A program made the translations under genes and the position numbers. 64,000 nt of DNA from Callorhinchus milii (Eukaryota). Below the pieces are notes generated by a model. That model did no database searches, was not told the origin of the DNA, and saw nothing but the letters and a program-made list of their open reading frames with translations. This document shows, piece after piece, positions 11,541-25,900 of this stretch; the stretch's first letter is position 1; the number at the start of each line of letters is the position of its first letter. The DNA lies in NCBI RefSeq assembly GCF_018977255.1, contig NW_024704743.1, forward strand, positions 116,190,001 to 116,254,000, in the 5' to 3' direction.

Positions 11541-13455
11541 GGAACATAAGAACACGGGAACAGGAGGAGGGCGTTCAGCACTTCAAGCCCGTTCTGCCAT
11601 TTAATTAGATCATGGCTGATCTGTACCTGAACTAATCCTTTCAATTCCAATTTCCTGCTTTCTCCCCATATCCCTTAATACCCTGACCTACCAAAAATAT
11701 ATCAACCTCACTCTTGAAGGTATGGCTGAATCCAGCATCCACAACCTTTTGGGGGAGAGAATTCCAGATCTCTATCACCCTTTGAGTGAAAAAATGCTTC
11801 CTGATTTCACTCTTAAATGGCCTGGTTCTACTTTTAAGACTATGCCCTCTTGTTTTGGAGTGTCCCACCAGAGGAAATAGCTTCTCGGTATCTACCCTAT
11901 CAAATCCCTTTATCATTTTAAACACCTCAATCAAATCACCCCTCAACCTTCTAAACTCAAGGGAATATAATCCAAGTTTACACAGCCTTTCCTCGTAACT
12001 TAACCCTTTAAGGCCTGGTAACATTCTGGTGAACCTGCGCTGCACCCCCTCTCAGGGCCAATATATCTTTCCTGAGGTGTGGTGCCCGAAACTGAACGCA
12101 GTCTCCAGATGGGGTCTGACTAATGCTCTATAAAGCTGAAGCATCATTTCTTCCCACTTTGTATTCCAGACCCCTCGAGATAAAGGCCCACATTCCATTC
12201 ACCTTTTTGATTACTTTTTGCACCTGAGAACTAGTTTTTAGTGCTTTGTGGATATGGACACCCAAATCTCTTTGCTCCTCCACAGTTCTTAATTTCTCCC
12301 CATTAAGAAAATATTCTGCTTTATCTTTTTCAGTCCATTATGGATCACCTTACACTTCCCTACACTGAACTCCATCTGCCTACTCCCATCTACACAACTT
12401 ACTGAGCCTCCGAGCTTAGTGTTGTCTGCAAACTTGGATATAAAACTTGCTGTTCCTTCACCCAAGTCATTTATATATATGGCGAATAGCTGGGGTCCCA
12501 GTACAGACCCTTGGAGGACACCACTTGTCAAGTACCACCAATCAGAGAACGTTCCCTTTATCGCTACTCTCTGCTTTCTGCCTCCCAACCAATTACCAAG
12601 CCAATTCACAAGGCTACCTCCGACTCCATGCGCTTCCATTTTCGCTAATAATCTTTTGTGTCGAACTTTTATCAAATATCCTCTGAAAGTCCACATAAAC
12701 GACTTCCATAGACACTCTCTTATCCACCATTTTAGTGACCTCCTCAAAAATTTCAACTGGATTAGTCAGACACAACCTACCCTTCACAAACCTATGCTGA
12801 CTCTCTTTGACGAGCTCATACCTGTCCATGTATTCAGTCACTCTGTCCCTGATGATGGATTTTTCCTATAACTCATGTTAAGCTGACAGGTCTGTAGTTT
12901 CCTGGGTTCTCCCTCACTCCCTTCTTAAATAAAGAGATGACATTCGCCATTTTCCAATCTAAGGGCAAGTTTCCTTACTCCACACAGAGCCTAATAATAA
13001 TCCCTCCAAAACCAAAAACAATAATAAATTGGTCATTTTCAATCTACGACTGTTTGTGGGACATTGCTGTGCGCAATTGGCTGCCGCGTTCGCCCACAAA
13101 TATATACAGTCAATTCACTTTACAGTGTGTTCTGTGAAGCGCTTTGGGACGTCCTCCCGACGTGAAAAGCGCTACATCAAATGCAAGGATTATTATTATT
13201 ATAATTCCTGAATCTAGTGAGCTTTCCAAAATTATGACAACTACATCTGCAATTTCCTCTCCTATTTCCTTTAACCCCTCGGATGGAACCTATCAGATCC
13301 TGGAGATTTGTCTATCTTGAGTCTCATTATTTTCTCCTTTACCATTTTTTTATTTATATTAATTTTATTTCTCTTTGACTTATTTTTAGGTTTCCCTATA
13401 CGGCTGATATTTTATCCTCATCCTCTACTGTAAAAACGGTAGCAAAGTATTCCTC
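11541..13455 (-). mobile_element. CR1-clade LINE, 5' truncated, degraded, interrupted by a SINE at about 12963-13202
   Basis: Minus-strand RT segments SGVLQGSVLGPQLF, KFADNTKL, RRLRGDLIEVFK, FFTQRV; EYFATVFT at the 5' end; GTTCTTATGTTC-type 3' end, unlike the 58.7 kb copy. Confidence 0.92.
12963..13202 (+). mobile_element. 5' truncated young SINE inserted in CR1
   Basis: Near-identical to 10702-10940; CR1 sequence resumes at aattcctgaatc. Confidence 0.9.
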
Positions 13456-16400
13456 ATCCCCAGTATCATCCTCCACATTTATATAGCACCCGTCACATGA
13501 AGTAGTGTCTCAGAATGTTTATATCTTCCTTGATCCTATCTAACTCTCTGCTATCCTTCCTAAAGTGAGATGACCAGAACTAGCAGAACTAGACACAAGA
13601 CTCTTAATTAGGATCTAACTAATGATTGATTACAGGTTAAGTATCACCAGGCCAAGAAGAAGTAGCTCTTTGGTGAATAAATGAACTTGCAACTTTGCAG
13701 ACACACAGTTCCGGTTCAGACAAGCGCTCACAATTCAGAGCAGTTTGGGAGGGGGGAAAAAAATCTACTCATCATGAGAAAATAAATCAATGTACAGCAA
13801 AATATTAATGAGTAGCTTGAGCTGAAAACTCTTCACAAAAGTTTGAGTGATGCACTAAAAGCAATAAGGGGACAGTAACTTAAACAAAATAAAATACGTT
13901 GTTGTTCTCTGTCAGGACAAGTTAGCAACTAAATTGATAACCATGGCCATTTGGATGCTATTTTCACAGGAAAGACAAGACTATTATAGCCAGGGATTTT
14001 CTCACTGCACCTGTCGGTTGAAAACATCCTATTAAATTCTACACTTGTGGGTTTCAGAGAAGAATGCCGTTAATTGAAACAAGGGTCATTTAGTGGTTTT
14101 CCAATAAAGCCTTCAAATCGGGAGGAAAAGACAATCTGTCCACCCATCTCTTCACCCCCCCACTTCTCCTTCTCCATGTCCCCACCCAAATCATGCCCCC
14201 CCCACAATTTACTATAACAAATGCAAGGATTATTATTAGGTCAACAACAATTTACACTGATATGGCACCTCTCAGATTAGGAGAATGTCTCAAAGCTCTT
14301 CACATTGGGACCTCAAAAAGGTGGGTTTTAAAGTGGACTTGAAAGGTGGGGAGTGAGAGAGTGAGGTGGAGGGACTCTGGATTGGAGTTCAAGAGAGCAG
14401 GGGTTTAAGGGCTTGTTGGGACTGTGAGCTTTGTTTTGCTCCTTTCCGGCCATGTACACTATCTGTATCTAAAAAAAGATTCTTTAACTGCAGCTTTGAT
14501 CACTACCCTCCTTGTAGAATCCCCTCCCCATATCTTCCACCCTACTCGGGCTCCTACTCTGGGTTTGTAAAGCCATTGATACTCTGCCAGTGTCAAGCGC
14601 TCTGGGACGCTACCCCGCGTGAAGGGCGCTATATAAATGCAAGTTGTTTGCGGCATTTTCCTTCATGTGAAGTACTAGTTAAATCCAAGTTATTGATGTT
14701 GAGTATCAGCTGACTCTGCATCGACTTTCTGCTTCCCATTTTCGGGACCAGGAAATTAAATATCTAAAGTTTTTTCGCTTGGAAGCACATCACTGTCCAG
14801 CTGCTCCAGTACAGATCCTTTTCAATCTGGGGGTCAGACGCAACAACAAAAACTTGCATTTATAACTTCATGCGGTGTAGGGTCTCGGAGCACTCAACAG
14901 TGGAGGTTGGGGGAGAGGGAAAAGGATGTGTGTACGTCTGTGTGGGTGGGGGGGGGGAGTTGGGAATCCAACTCCTGAATGAGTCTGGGGGAATGCAGGA
15001 CCGAGATATGTTGCTGCTTTAATAACAAGAACTTGCATTTCTATAGCGCCCCTCACGCATGGTTGAGTCTTAAAATAAATAATAATAATAATCCTTACAT
15101 TTTACAGTGCCTTTCACGTTAGGACCGTCACAGGATTGTATTGTAACACAAAGTGACTGTGTACTTTCTAGGCGCACATAGTAGTCAATTTGCGCACAGC
15201 CATTTTCCACAAACAGTCATTAGGTGAATGACCAATTTTATCTGAGGAATTGTTGGCCAAGACACCGAGAGAAACTCCCTTCTCTTTTCGATCAGTGCCA
15301 TGGGATCTTTAATGTCCATCTGTTAAAGGTGGACATTTGCTCGGTTAGGCTGTCAGTGCAGACGAGCTCTGCGTGCAAATGCTAATGTGACATTAATAAA
15401 GTAAAGTATGGCTTTGTAAAAGCAATTGATGCTGTCTGTGTGACAGGTCTTCTTGTGACTTAGTAAACAAAGCCCTGGGAAGGACAGTGCAGCGCAGCCC
15501 TTTGCTTTATAAATATTCACAGTGGTAGGGGATATGTTGTTAGCGGCTCTTGGTGACATTTCAATTGCTCTGTTCTCATGCAAAGTAGCTGAGCAATCAA
15601 GCTAACATCGACAAGGCAGCGTAGCGTGTCTCTGCGAGACATCTCCACTTAATGTTAGCTGGCAATGTGATTAAGGACCTTTAACCCTCGAGGTGGGGAA
15701 ACGACTAAATTGGTGTGCTTAAGTATTTACGTGCACATTTCATTGAAGAGATGTTTAACTTGTTGAATCCACATATAGAAAGGCATCATCTCCAATACTG
15801 TCACCTTTTGCACCTTTCCCAAAGAGACAGCTACAATTATTCACAGAACGCTACAGCACAAAAACAGGTCTGCTCTGTAGTTTTCTCCACCTCTCCCATC
15901 TAATCCTCACTCTCCACACCTTTTAATACTTCATCTTTCAAGCCTTTTAAAAGAATTGATACATTCAAAGGTTTGCGGTAAAGAATTTCACATTCCGCCC
16001 ACTTTCTGCGCAAATAATTTTTTCCTAACCTCCCCTTTAATTCTTTCGTACTGACCAGCAATTACTGCAAAAAAGGGCTTAAACAAGGTCCCAATAGATA
16101 ATAATACAATAATAATAATCCTTACATTTGGTACAGCGCCTTTCACATCAAGAGGACGTCCCAAATCACTTTGGAGGATATACTGTAAAATGCAGTGAGT
16201 GTACATTTTGTGGTTGAATACCATCTGTACTTTCCCAGTTTTGCCTAGTCCTTGAAAAGGTTGGTGACTTTGTTGTCGTGTCTCTTCTGAGTTCTTGCCC
16301 CTGTATGTGTTCACTCAGAATGAAACAACTGGTAGTCTTAACCTTGGGTGCCGATTATACCCAAACGCTACAAATAGCAACCTCATTATTATGTCTTTAT

Positions 16401-16466
16401 AATGGCTGATTTGGCCCATAGTGGAGTAACTTATTCACTGCCAGTGTTTTTATAATATTAATAAAA

Positions 16467-16982
16467 ATAATAATCCCTGCATTTATGTAGCACCTTTCAT
16501 AGTGGGAGGATGCCTTGAATCGCTTCACAGGATTTATTGCAAAGTGAAGTGACTATATTTTGCAGTTGAACGCAGGAGCCAATTGACACAGCAATGTCAC
16601 ATAAACAGCCATGAAGTGAACGACCAATTTTATTTGTGGGGATGGGGGAAGAGTTGTTGGCCAGGATACTGGGAGAAACTCCCTTCACTTTGCAAATAGT
16701 GCCATGGGATGTTTAACATCCACCTGAAAATGCTGGGACTTTGGTTTAACGTCTCATCCAAAGGACAACACCTCTGACAATGCAAAGCTCCTCCTTGAAG
16801 TCCCAACATAATAATACAATAATCTTTGCATTTGATACAGCGCCTTATCACGTCTTCGAGACGTCTCAAAGCGCTTCACAGAATATACTGTAAAGTGAAT
16901 TGACTGTAACATGGGGGCTTGAACGCACAACCTTCGGAATTCGGAGGCGAGAGTGCTACCAACTGAGCCAGACTGACACCTA
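16467..16982 (-). mobile_element. Older Deu-domain tRNA SINE (SacSINE1/AmnSINE1-like core) with a nested younger SINE tail at about 16810-16907
   Basis: Head ggtgtcagtctggctcagttggtagcactctcgcc; core ggtgttgtcctttggatgagacgttaaacc...catcccatggcacta resembles the Deu domain as I recall it. Confidence 0.75.
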
Positions 16983-17816
16983 ACTCAGCTACTTGACTGT
17001 GGGATAGCAGGACGGCCTTGGAACTGTACTCCAATGAAATAAAAAGTAAAGGCACTAAACGCCTTCCAGGAGGGAAAGGGAAAGAAATTGGTGAGACGCA
17101 GAGGCCATTTATCATGTCAGTCTCACTTGTGCCTCTTTTCTTAGATGTTGAGGCGATTCCTCCACTGGTACTGTGCACAGAAAGCAAGCAGGTGGACAGC
17201 TATAAATAGCCCCTGTTGGTATTTTGCCTGAGCAGCTGTGGATTTTTGATGAGTTATGGAAAGAATTATGCTAAATGCCTTTGCCATGAGGCACTGCTAT
17301 CTTCTGCTCCATTGTTTGCTCTGGCCTCTCTTGTTATGTTTTCCTTCCCAATGGAGCTCTGGAGTTTTCTGGAAAGAGCTTGGTTTCCTGAGTTGATGAA
17401 GACAACAGCTTGCAGTGCAGGAGGAAGCTGTGAAGTGGGTGTAACCTTGCGGGGAGACAGCTGCAGTGCAGAACCCTGAATCAGTCCCAGAAGCTAGCAT
17501 GATTCTGCTCAAGCTCCAGTCAGTCTTTCACTTAATACTGCTAACAGTTTGGGCATTTTTTTTTAATATCCCCTACAGTCAGATACAATTTATACTTATA
17601 CAGCGCCTTCCACGTTGGGAGGTTGTCCCAAAGCGCTTGACAATTCCAGTGGAGCACTGGAGCTGGGAGGAGGGGAGGGATGGGAAAGATGACTAAAATC
17701 CTGTAACTTCACAACCTCTCAAAGCACTTCACAGGTAATTTCTTATAAGGTATAGGAACTGTGTATTTGCAAGCAAATTCTACTTTTCACACAGCAATGC
17801 CCTAGAAAACGCCATC

Positions 17817-18150
17817 AACAACAACAAAATTACATTTATAGAGCACCTTTCACATCAGGAGGACATCCCAAAGCACTGAACAGTCAGATGTCGGGGCCCG
17901 AGCATGGGGGAGGGGTGGTATAGGGATGAGGGAAAGCAGAGAGGTGGGAGGGAGACCAAAGGCACGGTCAAAGAAAAGGGTCTTGGGACCAGCCTTGAAA
18001 GATGCAAGGGAGGAAGTGAGGCAAAGGGACCGTAGGATGGAGATCCAGAGTTTGGGGGCAGAGAGGCTGAAAGCCCGGCCACCGATGGTAGGGCGGGTTG
18101 GGCGGGAGACATGGAGCAGGCCGGAGCCTAATGAACGGAGGGAGCGGGCA
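17817..18150 (-). mobile_element. L2 3' fragment
   Basis: Reverse complement closely matches 46650-46990; starts with (CAA)n tail. Confidence 0.85.
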
Positions 18151-21100
18151 GTTTGGTTGGGAGTGAAAGGCCATTTTTATCTGGGGGATTGTAGGGCAGA
18201 AACACTGGGAGAATCTCCCTTCTCTTTATGTCCTTGCATGGGATCTTTATTGTCCACCTGAACAGACAGATAGGACCTTGGTTTTAACATCTCATCCAAA
18301 GGACAGCACCTCCAATAATGCAGTGCTCTCCTAGCACTGCACTGGATTGTCAGCTTAGACCATATGCAGTCCCAAATGTGGGGTTTTACTCTATGGTTGG
18401 TTGTGGGACATGGCTGTTCACTACCACATTTCGCCCACAAAAAGTACAGTCATTATAATTGTTATTAAACTCACAACCTTCTGACTCAAAGGGGAGAATG
18501 TTACCACTGAGCCAGCCTGACACACATATTACACATTTTAACACATTTCTAAGCATAAGATTTTTCCCCATACATTTAATGCCTAGCGCACTAAATCCAG
18601 AGTTTACTTTGAAACATTATTTATACGTTTAATCAGTTTTCATGAAATAAAGTCATAAGTAAACAAGAAAAACAAATCTTAATGGAAAACCCTAGAGCAT
18701 TATAGCACTGTGTGATCACAATTGGTTGAAATTACTTCCTAATACAGCGTGTAAAAACCATAAGGGAAAAAGGAACCTATCTCCTAGATTGGCAGCACTG
18801 GTCTCGTATTTATAGTGTAATATTATAAGAGCTGATTCCTTCAGTGCAGGAGCCAGCACTAGCCAGGAACAGTGGGGGAGATAGCCTGCCCTTGTGCTGT
18901 GAGCTCCTTTGTTGCAAGGAGCAATGTGTCTGTCTCCACTCTCTGCTGTTTATGGCAGTCTAAGTTCCAATACCCCACTCCCCGCCACCTCACTCTCTTC
19001 CCTGGCTGTGACCTTCTAGGTCTGTGTGACTCCGTTTCTTACTTGGCTTTGGGTTTGACCAATTGAGCCATTGCTGAAGTTACCTGTAGATATAGTTTTA
19101 GGTTTCATAATACTGTTACTTTGCTTGTAAACACACAGTCGAGACTGACATTCCAGTGCCGTGCTGGAGGAGCGCTGTACTGTCCTTCAGACGAGACAGT
19201 AAACCAAAGTCCCGTCTTCCTGTTCAGGTGGATGTTAATACCTCAATGGCGCTCTTCAAATAGCCAAGAGAGTTTCTCCTGGTGGCCTAGTCAGCAGCCC
19301 TCCCGATTAATTGATCATTCACCTCATGCCTCTTTGTGGGATGTTTCTGTGCAGAAACTGGCGGTTGTGGCATTTGCCTACAATAAGAAAGAAAAAATGT
19401 TTGGTTTTTTTATAACGTCAAAACATCTCAAAGCTCTTCACATGTCAGAAATTCCCTGTGAAGACCTTTGAGATTCAAATTATTTCTCCGTAAACCTCAT
19501 TAACTCGTTTAATCTTTTCTGCTTTCATTTTCCTTATTACTAACTGATTTTTTAACATCCACCAAAGAAGTTTATTGCACTCCTGGATCATCTGTTGCTC
19601 AAGTCTTCCTCTGATAGCTTTGTGTTAAAGGGCTGGAATTATGTATTTACATGTCATTCAGACTCAGTTGATTGCACTCTCACCTAATAAGACGTTTGTA
19701 GGTTCAAGCCCCACATAAGCACTTTGAACTCATGCAGTCCAGGCTGATGCTCCAGTGTCACAGGTGCCTTCCTTCAGTTGAAACGTTTAACCGAGGTCCT
19801 GGCTGAGCCAGGATGGACGTTAAAGATCCTGTGGCGCTATTCAAAAAGAGAAGGGAGTTTACCCTGGCTCCTGGACAACAATCTCCTGAATAAAATTGGT
19901 TATGGCTGTTTGTGGCATATTGCTGTGTGCATATTGACTGCTGCGTTCGCCTACAAACACGCAGTCACTACACTTCACAGAAAATTGTGTGAAGCACTTT
20001 CAGACGTCTCGACAACTCAATAAAGCGCTGCAAGGATTATTTTTATGCATTAATTTTGGATGAGCTCTTCTTTGCTTCCAGTAATGAAGAAAAGGCAATT
20101 TGTTTATATTTAGGCTTTGAAGTTGTAATAAGATGTGCACAGAGCAATACTTTGAAGGGAGCAATAAAAAGTGCCACATAAAGGCTTGCTGCCGAGGTAC
20201 AATTACTGGGCTGTCATATTTCATCAGTAATTGAGTTGGTGTCTGGTTGGGAGACCTGCCTTGTCTCAATGATTTTAATAGCCAATATGCAGACTTAGAA
20301 ACCATCATTCACCAAGGTCTTTCAATGACCACCCAGTCAAGCAAGACGTGCTGAGATCTGTGACCCTACACGATGCATTAGCCTTTTGTGACGAAATGGA
20401 GTTCTGTTAGTCACCGGTAATCGAAATGAATAGGTTCGAACTAGTCTCATGTTTTTTTTTGTGGTAAAGCAGCTTCAGGAGATTACTCTCCAACAGATAG
20501 GATTAGTTTCGGGTCAGCTCACACATTGGCATGCGGACCGATTATTCATGCTTACAAAAGGTCTGTTGATTAAATAACCGCAAACCATAAATATCTATAT
20601 AAAATATAAAGTGCGCATGCTCCACATTTGCTCCCTCTTTTTTCAATTAGGCCTTACCAATATTTTGGCAGCGAGTTGGCTGATATCCAGAAGGATTGAT
20701 GGCTTGGATGCACCCTGGAAAGCCATCACTTTCCAAGGCCTCTCAGAGTCGACAGAGCATCCAGTGAGATGAGTTGTTACTGCATGCTTACTTTAGATGT
20801 AATAGATGTCAGGAATCGCCAGGTGTACTGCTGACAGTTAAAGAGACTAGGGCTGGGAGGTAAAACCTCCTCAAGCAGGTATATCAGTCTCATTCACCAT
20901 TCGCAAAAGGGATTCATGAGCAGCTGTTCGGAGCTGACACGTCATTCGAGCTATTTGCATGCTGATAATAATAATAATCCTTGCATTTGTTACAGTGCCT
21001 TTCACACCATTGACACATCTCAAAGCGCTTCACAGAATATATTATAAAGTGAATTGACTGTGTAATTGTGGGTGAAATGCAGCAGTCAATTGTGCACAGC

Positions 21101-22742
21101 AGTGCCCCACAAACAGTTGTGGATTGAGTTACCACATTTTTTTTTGAGCAATTATTACCCCCAGAAAGTAATCCACCATTCGATTAACAACCGTGTTTTT
21201 ACTTACTGCGAGGTAAACCGATCTCTGATTCCACCAAAACTGCAAAATAGAAAAGTCCGAAAAGTAAACTAGGCAGAAAGCACACATCAAGACTTTATGT
21301 GTGTTTGGTCACAAAATATACAGACAATCCATTTTATAGTATATCCTGTGAAGCTCTTTGAGACGATGTGATACAGTGCTATATCAAATGCAAGGATGAT
21401 TATTATCATTATTGTTTTACAAATCAAGCTTTTTACAAAGATCACAAGTTACCCCCTCCCACTCTATCCCCATGGCTTCTATGAATGGAAGACCACTTAG
21501 TGCTCAAGGTGCATATCATCATCCTTAATAATAAGGCACTGAAAACACACCCAACCAGAACAGAGTAGTTGGGCTGAAATGGCCTGTTTCTGTGCTTCCC
21601 CCAGCACTGAATTAACAGGAGTGTCAGCCTAGTCTGTGAGATCAAGTTCCCGATATGGGCCCTGAACCCATAGCCCATAGTCCACAAGACAAGAGTGCTC
21701 CAGCAGAACCAGGCTGACTTTGGGACTGGCAGGATTGACGATAGAGTTTTTCTTTCCCCATCCAGTTTCTGCCTACAGTCCCGTGTAATGAAGGAAAAAA
21801 ATATATAGATGCTTCGTCCTCTGATGGACCTTTCCAAGCAAGAAGGGTGTGTAACTGGCTAGCTTGTAAATGCTGTGTAATTGGATTTTTTTTTCTCTAG
21901 CAGCAAATTTTCAGTGTATGTTTTAAAATTGCCTTTTTGTGTCAAATTATTTTTCAGCTGATCAGTGTTTACAACAACAAACAACAAATTACATTTCTGT
22001 AGCGCCTTTCACGTCAGGAGGATGTCCCAAGGCGTTTACTGCAATACCAGCACAAAGTGATTTCCCCTGTAATTCATTTATTATTAAAAATAATTCCTCC
22101 TAGTTTTCTTTCCATTCGCTCCAAAAGGTTTGGGCTCAGTGCTGGAGCAGAGTGCCACGGGCTGTGGTCGTGCTTCATGTGTGAGAGTCTGTTTAACTTT
22201 GGAGCTTGAGCTCACAGTCTAGGCTAATACTTCAGTGCAGTGCTAAGGCAACAGTGCAATGTTGGAGGTGCCGTCTTCAGATGAGACTGTAAACCCAAGT
22301 CCCGTTTGCTTATTCACAAAGATCCCATGGTGCTGTTGCTGTTTCCAGAAATGCAAGACATTGCTACAAAATGTGTAATCATGAAACTTTACAGTAAATC
22401 CTGTGAAGCGCTTTGAGACGTCCTCCCAATGTGAAGGGCACAATTATTATTATTATTTGAAAAAGAGAAAGAAGTTTCTCCCTGTGTCCTGGCCAACAAT
22501 CCTGAAGATAATAATAAAAAAATCATTCACTTTATGGTTGTTTATGGGATATTGCTGTTTGCAAATTGGCTTCTGTGTTCCATTACAAAATACAGTGACA
22601 TTTTCAATTACAGTACTGTGGAGTTAGACATTCTGGACATTATAGGTACTAAACTAAATTCAAGAATAATGATCACACCTGAGGCTGATCCAGTTCTCAC
22701 TGAAACCCACTGTCCACCAGGAGTCACTGAATAGCGAGTCTG

Positions 22743-22987
22743 GGGCCTGAAATTCCACCTGGTCTTAGCCTTCCTCCCGACGTGAAAGGCGCTATACAAA
22801 TGCAATTAGTTGTTGTTGTTTTATGTTAAAACAAGAATTTTGGAACATTCCTAAATTCAGTTATAATTTGCAAACCACCTCTTGTTAATAACTCCAAAAC
22901 AAAATCAGAAAAAATGAAGGATGAGTTTAAGAAACCTTCACTTAAAAAAAATTCTCACAGGCTCAGATTAGGTGGAATTTTAGGTCT
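22743..22987. mobile_element. MITE-like element, same TIR family
   Basis: Left gggcctgaaattccacctggtcttagcc; right ggctcagattaggtggaattttaggtct. Confidence 0.65.
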
Positions 22988-25900
22988 CAGCAGGAATCCT
23001 GGCTGACCATTCCCAACCCCCACTCCCACACCCCCAGAATCATTTGAGTCCATGGTTAACCTCTCAATGCTGCTCCTGCTGAGCTCAGCTATCTCAGCAC
23101 AGACAGGAGATCAAATCTTGGTTCAGTAAAAAAATAACATGCAATGTGGGCATAAGCATAAGGTCTGTTAGTGAGTGCATGTCTGTATTCATATAATAAT
23201 AAACCTTATATTTGATATAGTGCCTTATCACATCATCGAGACATCTCAAAATGCTTCACAGGATGTAAAGTGATGTGACAGTGTGTATGTCTTGGGTGAT
23301 TATTTTGTGCTATTAGGTCTTTGCCTAAAGGTTTGTCTATGAATGTATGTCTTGTCTCCATCTCTGGGTTGTTTGTGAGCTATTGGCTATATGTCTATCT
23401 ATGAATGTATGTGTCTGTGTATGTCTCCAGGTCTGTTTGTGAGTGTGTATGCATATTTGTCGATCTGCCTCTGCTGAAACAAAGCATTCGCTCCGATGAT
23501 GTAAGGAATTCATTGACTGACTTTCAGATTGTCTTTCAACAAACATGTAATAATAACGTTTCCACAATTTTCTGTCAAATATTCCGTAACAAAAAAAATG
23601 ATATGCCAGTGAAGTACATAACAGTTTTTCATTACTTATCAGTGGCTCTATGGGGTGCTTTTGATAGGTACATTTATTTGTTTTATGGCCATGCTGGAAT
23701 GATTTATTACGCAACTCGCCGGGAATAACAGGAGGAGGAAGCAAGCCAGCAAAATTCAACTTTTTGCAATGTGTTCCAGCTGTTCTTCTTAAGCAGAAAA
23801 CACTGGCAGCAGTAAATTCACCCCTGGTGCAATCTTAATAGCATTGAAATGGGCTCAGGTTTCTTTGAACCATCATATATCTGGCTGTTAATGTTATTAT
23901 CTACATTACAGCTACCCGCCCTCCCCCCTCTCTCTCCTGGGTTTTGAAAATCTGCAAATATTTTCAATTTTTATAATAACAGCAACAACTTGCACATAGA
24001 GTAATACCTTGGAGCACTTTACAGGGATGGAGTTATTATAATAATATTAATCCTTGCATTTGATATGGCGCCTTATCACCTCATTGAGATATCACAAAGC
24101 ATTTTACCGGATATACTGGAAAGTGGGTTGGCTGTGTATTTTGTGGGTGAAACGCAGCTGCCATTAGTGCCATTATGTCTCACAAACAGCCTTGGAGTGA
24201 ATGACCAATGTTTATTGGATGACAAGTGAGGGAGAGGGTGCAGAGGGAGGGGGCCGTAGGTGTGTTGAAAGAGATAGGAGTTGAAGTGGAATGAAAATGT
24301 CAGTAAGGAATGAGAACATCTACCAAAAAAAATGTATCACGATGATCTTTACATTTGATACAGACTCTTTCAAGAGAATATCTCAAAGATATATGTACAA
24401 GCCATATGTATTGTAAAGTGTAGTGACTGTGGATTTTGCAGGTGAACATGGCAGCCAATTTACGCACGGCAAACAGCCAAAAATTGAATCACTAATTCTA
24501 TTTGAGGGATTGATGGCCAGGACACCAGGAGAAACTCCCTTCACTTTTCAAATAGTACCAGGGGATCTGCCTGGACAGGTAGACAAAACCTGGGTTTAAC
24601 GTCTCGGATGGCGCTTTCAATAATACAACACTCCCACAGCACTGCATTGGAGTGTCAGCCTAAGCTGTTCAAAGTCCCTGTTGTAATTGCGGAGACTAGT
24701 GTAATAGTACGCTTGAAATCTTCTCAAGACTTTCTCTCTCTCCCCTCCTCCACCTCTCTCACTGGAAGATTCTGTCCAGCGTCCTAAAGATTTTATTAGG
24801 AATGATTAAAGGTAGAAATATGAGCAGTTACAATTCCGACAGCCGTATATTTTAATAACCTGTCACAGACCTAGCGTGAATTTGCAGCTCTCTGGCTTTA
24901 CAATATAAGAATATAATTAAACTTTTACAAGTGTTTGCGTGCAGACTTACCCTTTGATAACCTCCTGCTACCAGCTCTCAGTCCCGTAACAAATTGCCAA
25001 TTTAAAAAATTCATTTACATTTACACTGCTAGCAAGCAGAAGAGATAGGGGCCAGGTTAAAACGCTTCACAAATTGATAGACCACACTTAGAGCAGGGGA
25101 TGAATAGAGGAATAGTTTGCTGAGGAAATTCAGACGTCACAAATTTCATGAGATCACAAGAATTATAAATTTGGATGAAGAAGGCCCTTCAGGCCATTTG
25201 GTCTCATCCCTTCAGAGTAGCCATCCTACCATCTACCCATTATAGCAACAAGCTGATTTAGAAATGAGTCCAGTGTCCTAACCTTAACCACCCTTCCCTA
25301 GTAACCTGTCCAGTCACTAACCTCCCTCTGAATAAAGAGGGTGATGTCTAGTCTTCTTTGCAACTTTAAATCTGTGTCCTCTTTTTCTGCTGTCGAGGTG
25401 CAACCCAGAGAATTTCTCCGAGTTTACTTTTTCAATCCCATTTACAATTGTATACACCTTTATATCATCCCCCCTGAGTCATCTTCTCTCAAAACTGAAG
25501 AGCCATGTAATCATTGCTCATAGCTCATTCCTCCAACACCCTCGTTGCTATTGTCGATGCTGTTCTGGAGCCTGGTTTCCACTCCAAACCTGCAGAATGA
25601 CGTTTCATCCAAAGGATGACATCTCCAACAATGCAGCACTCCTCCAGCACTGCATTGGAGGGTCAACCGATATATTGTGAGTTCAAAGTCCAGGAGTGGG
25701 GCTTGAAACCACAACGTTATGACTCAGAGACAAAAGTGCCACCGACTGAGCCAGTCTGACACCTAAAATATAACCTGTGGCATATGTGATCTGTGATCTA
25801 TTCTCTGGGGTTGTTTTAGAATTTGATGTGTGAAAGCTGAATTGAATCCCAATGTCTACGGTCTGTGGGTCTTCGCTTCTGTGTGTGTGTGTGTTTGTTC

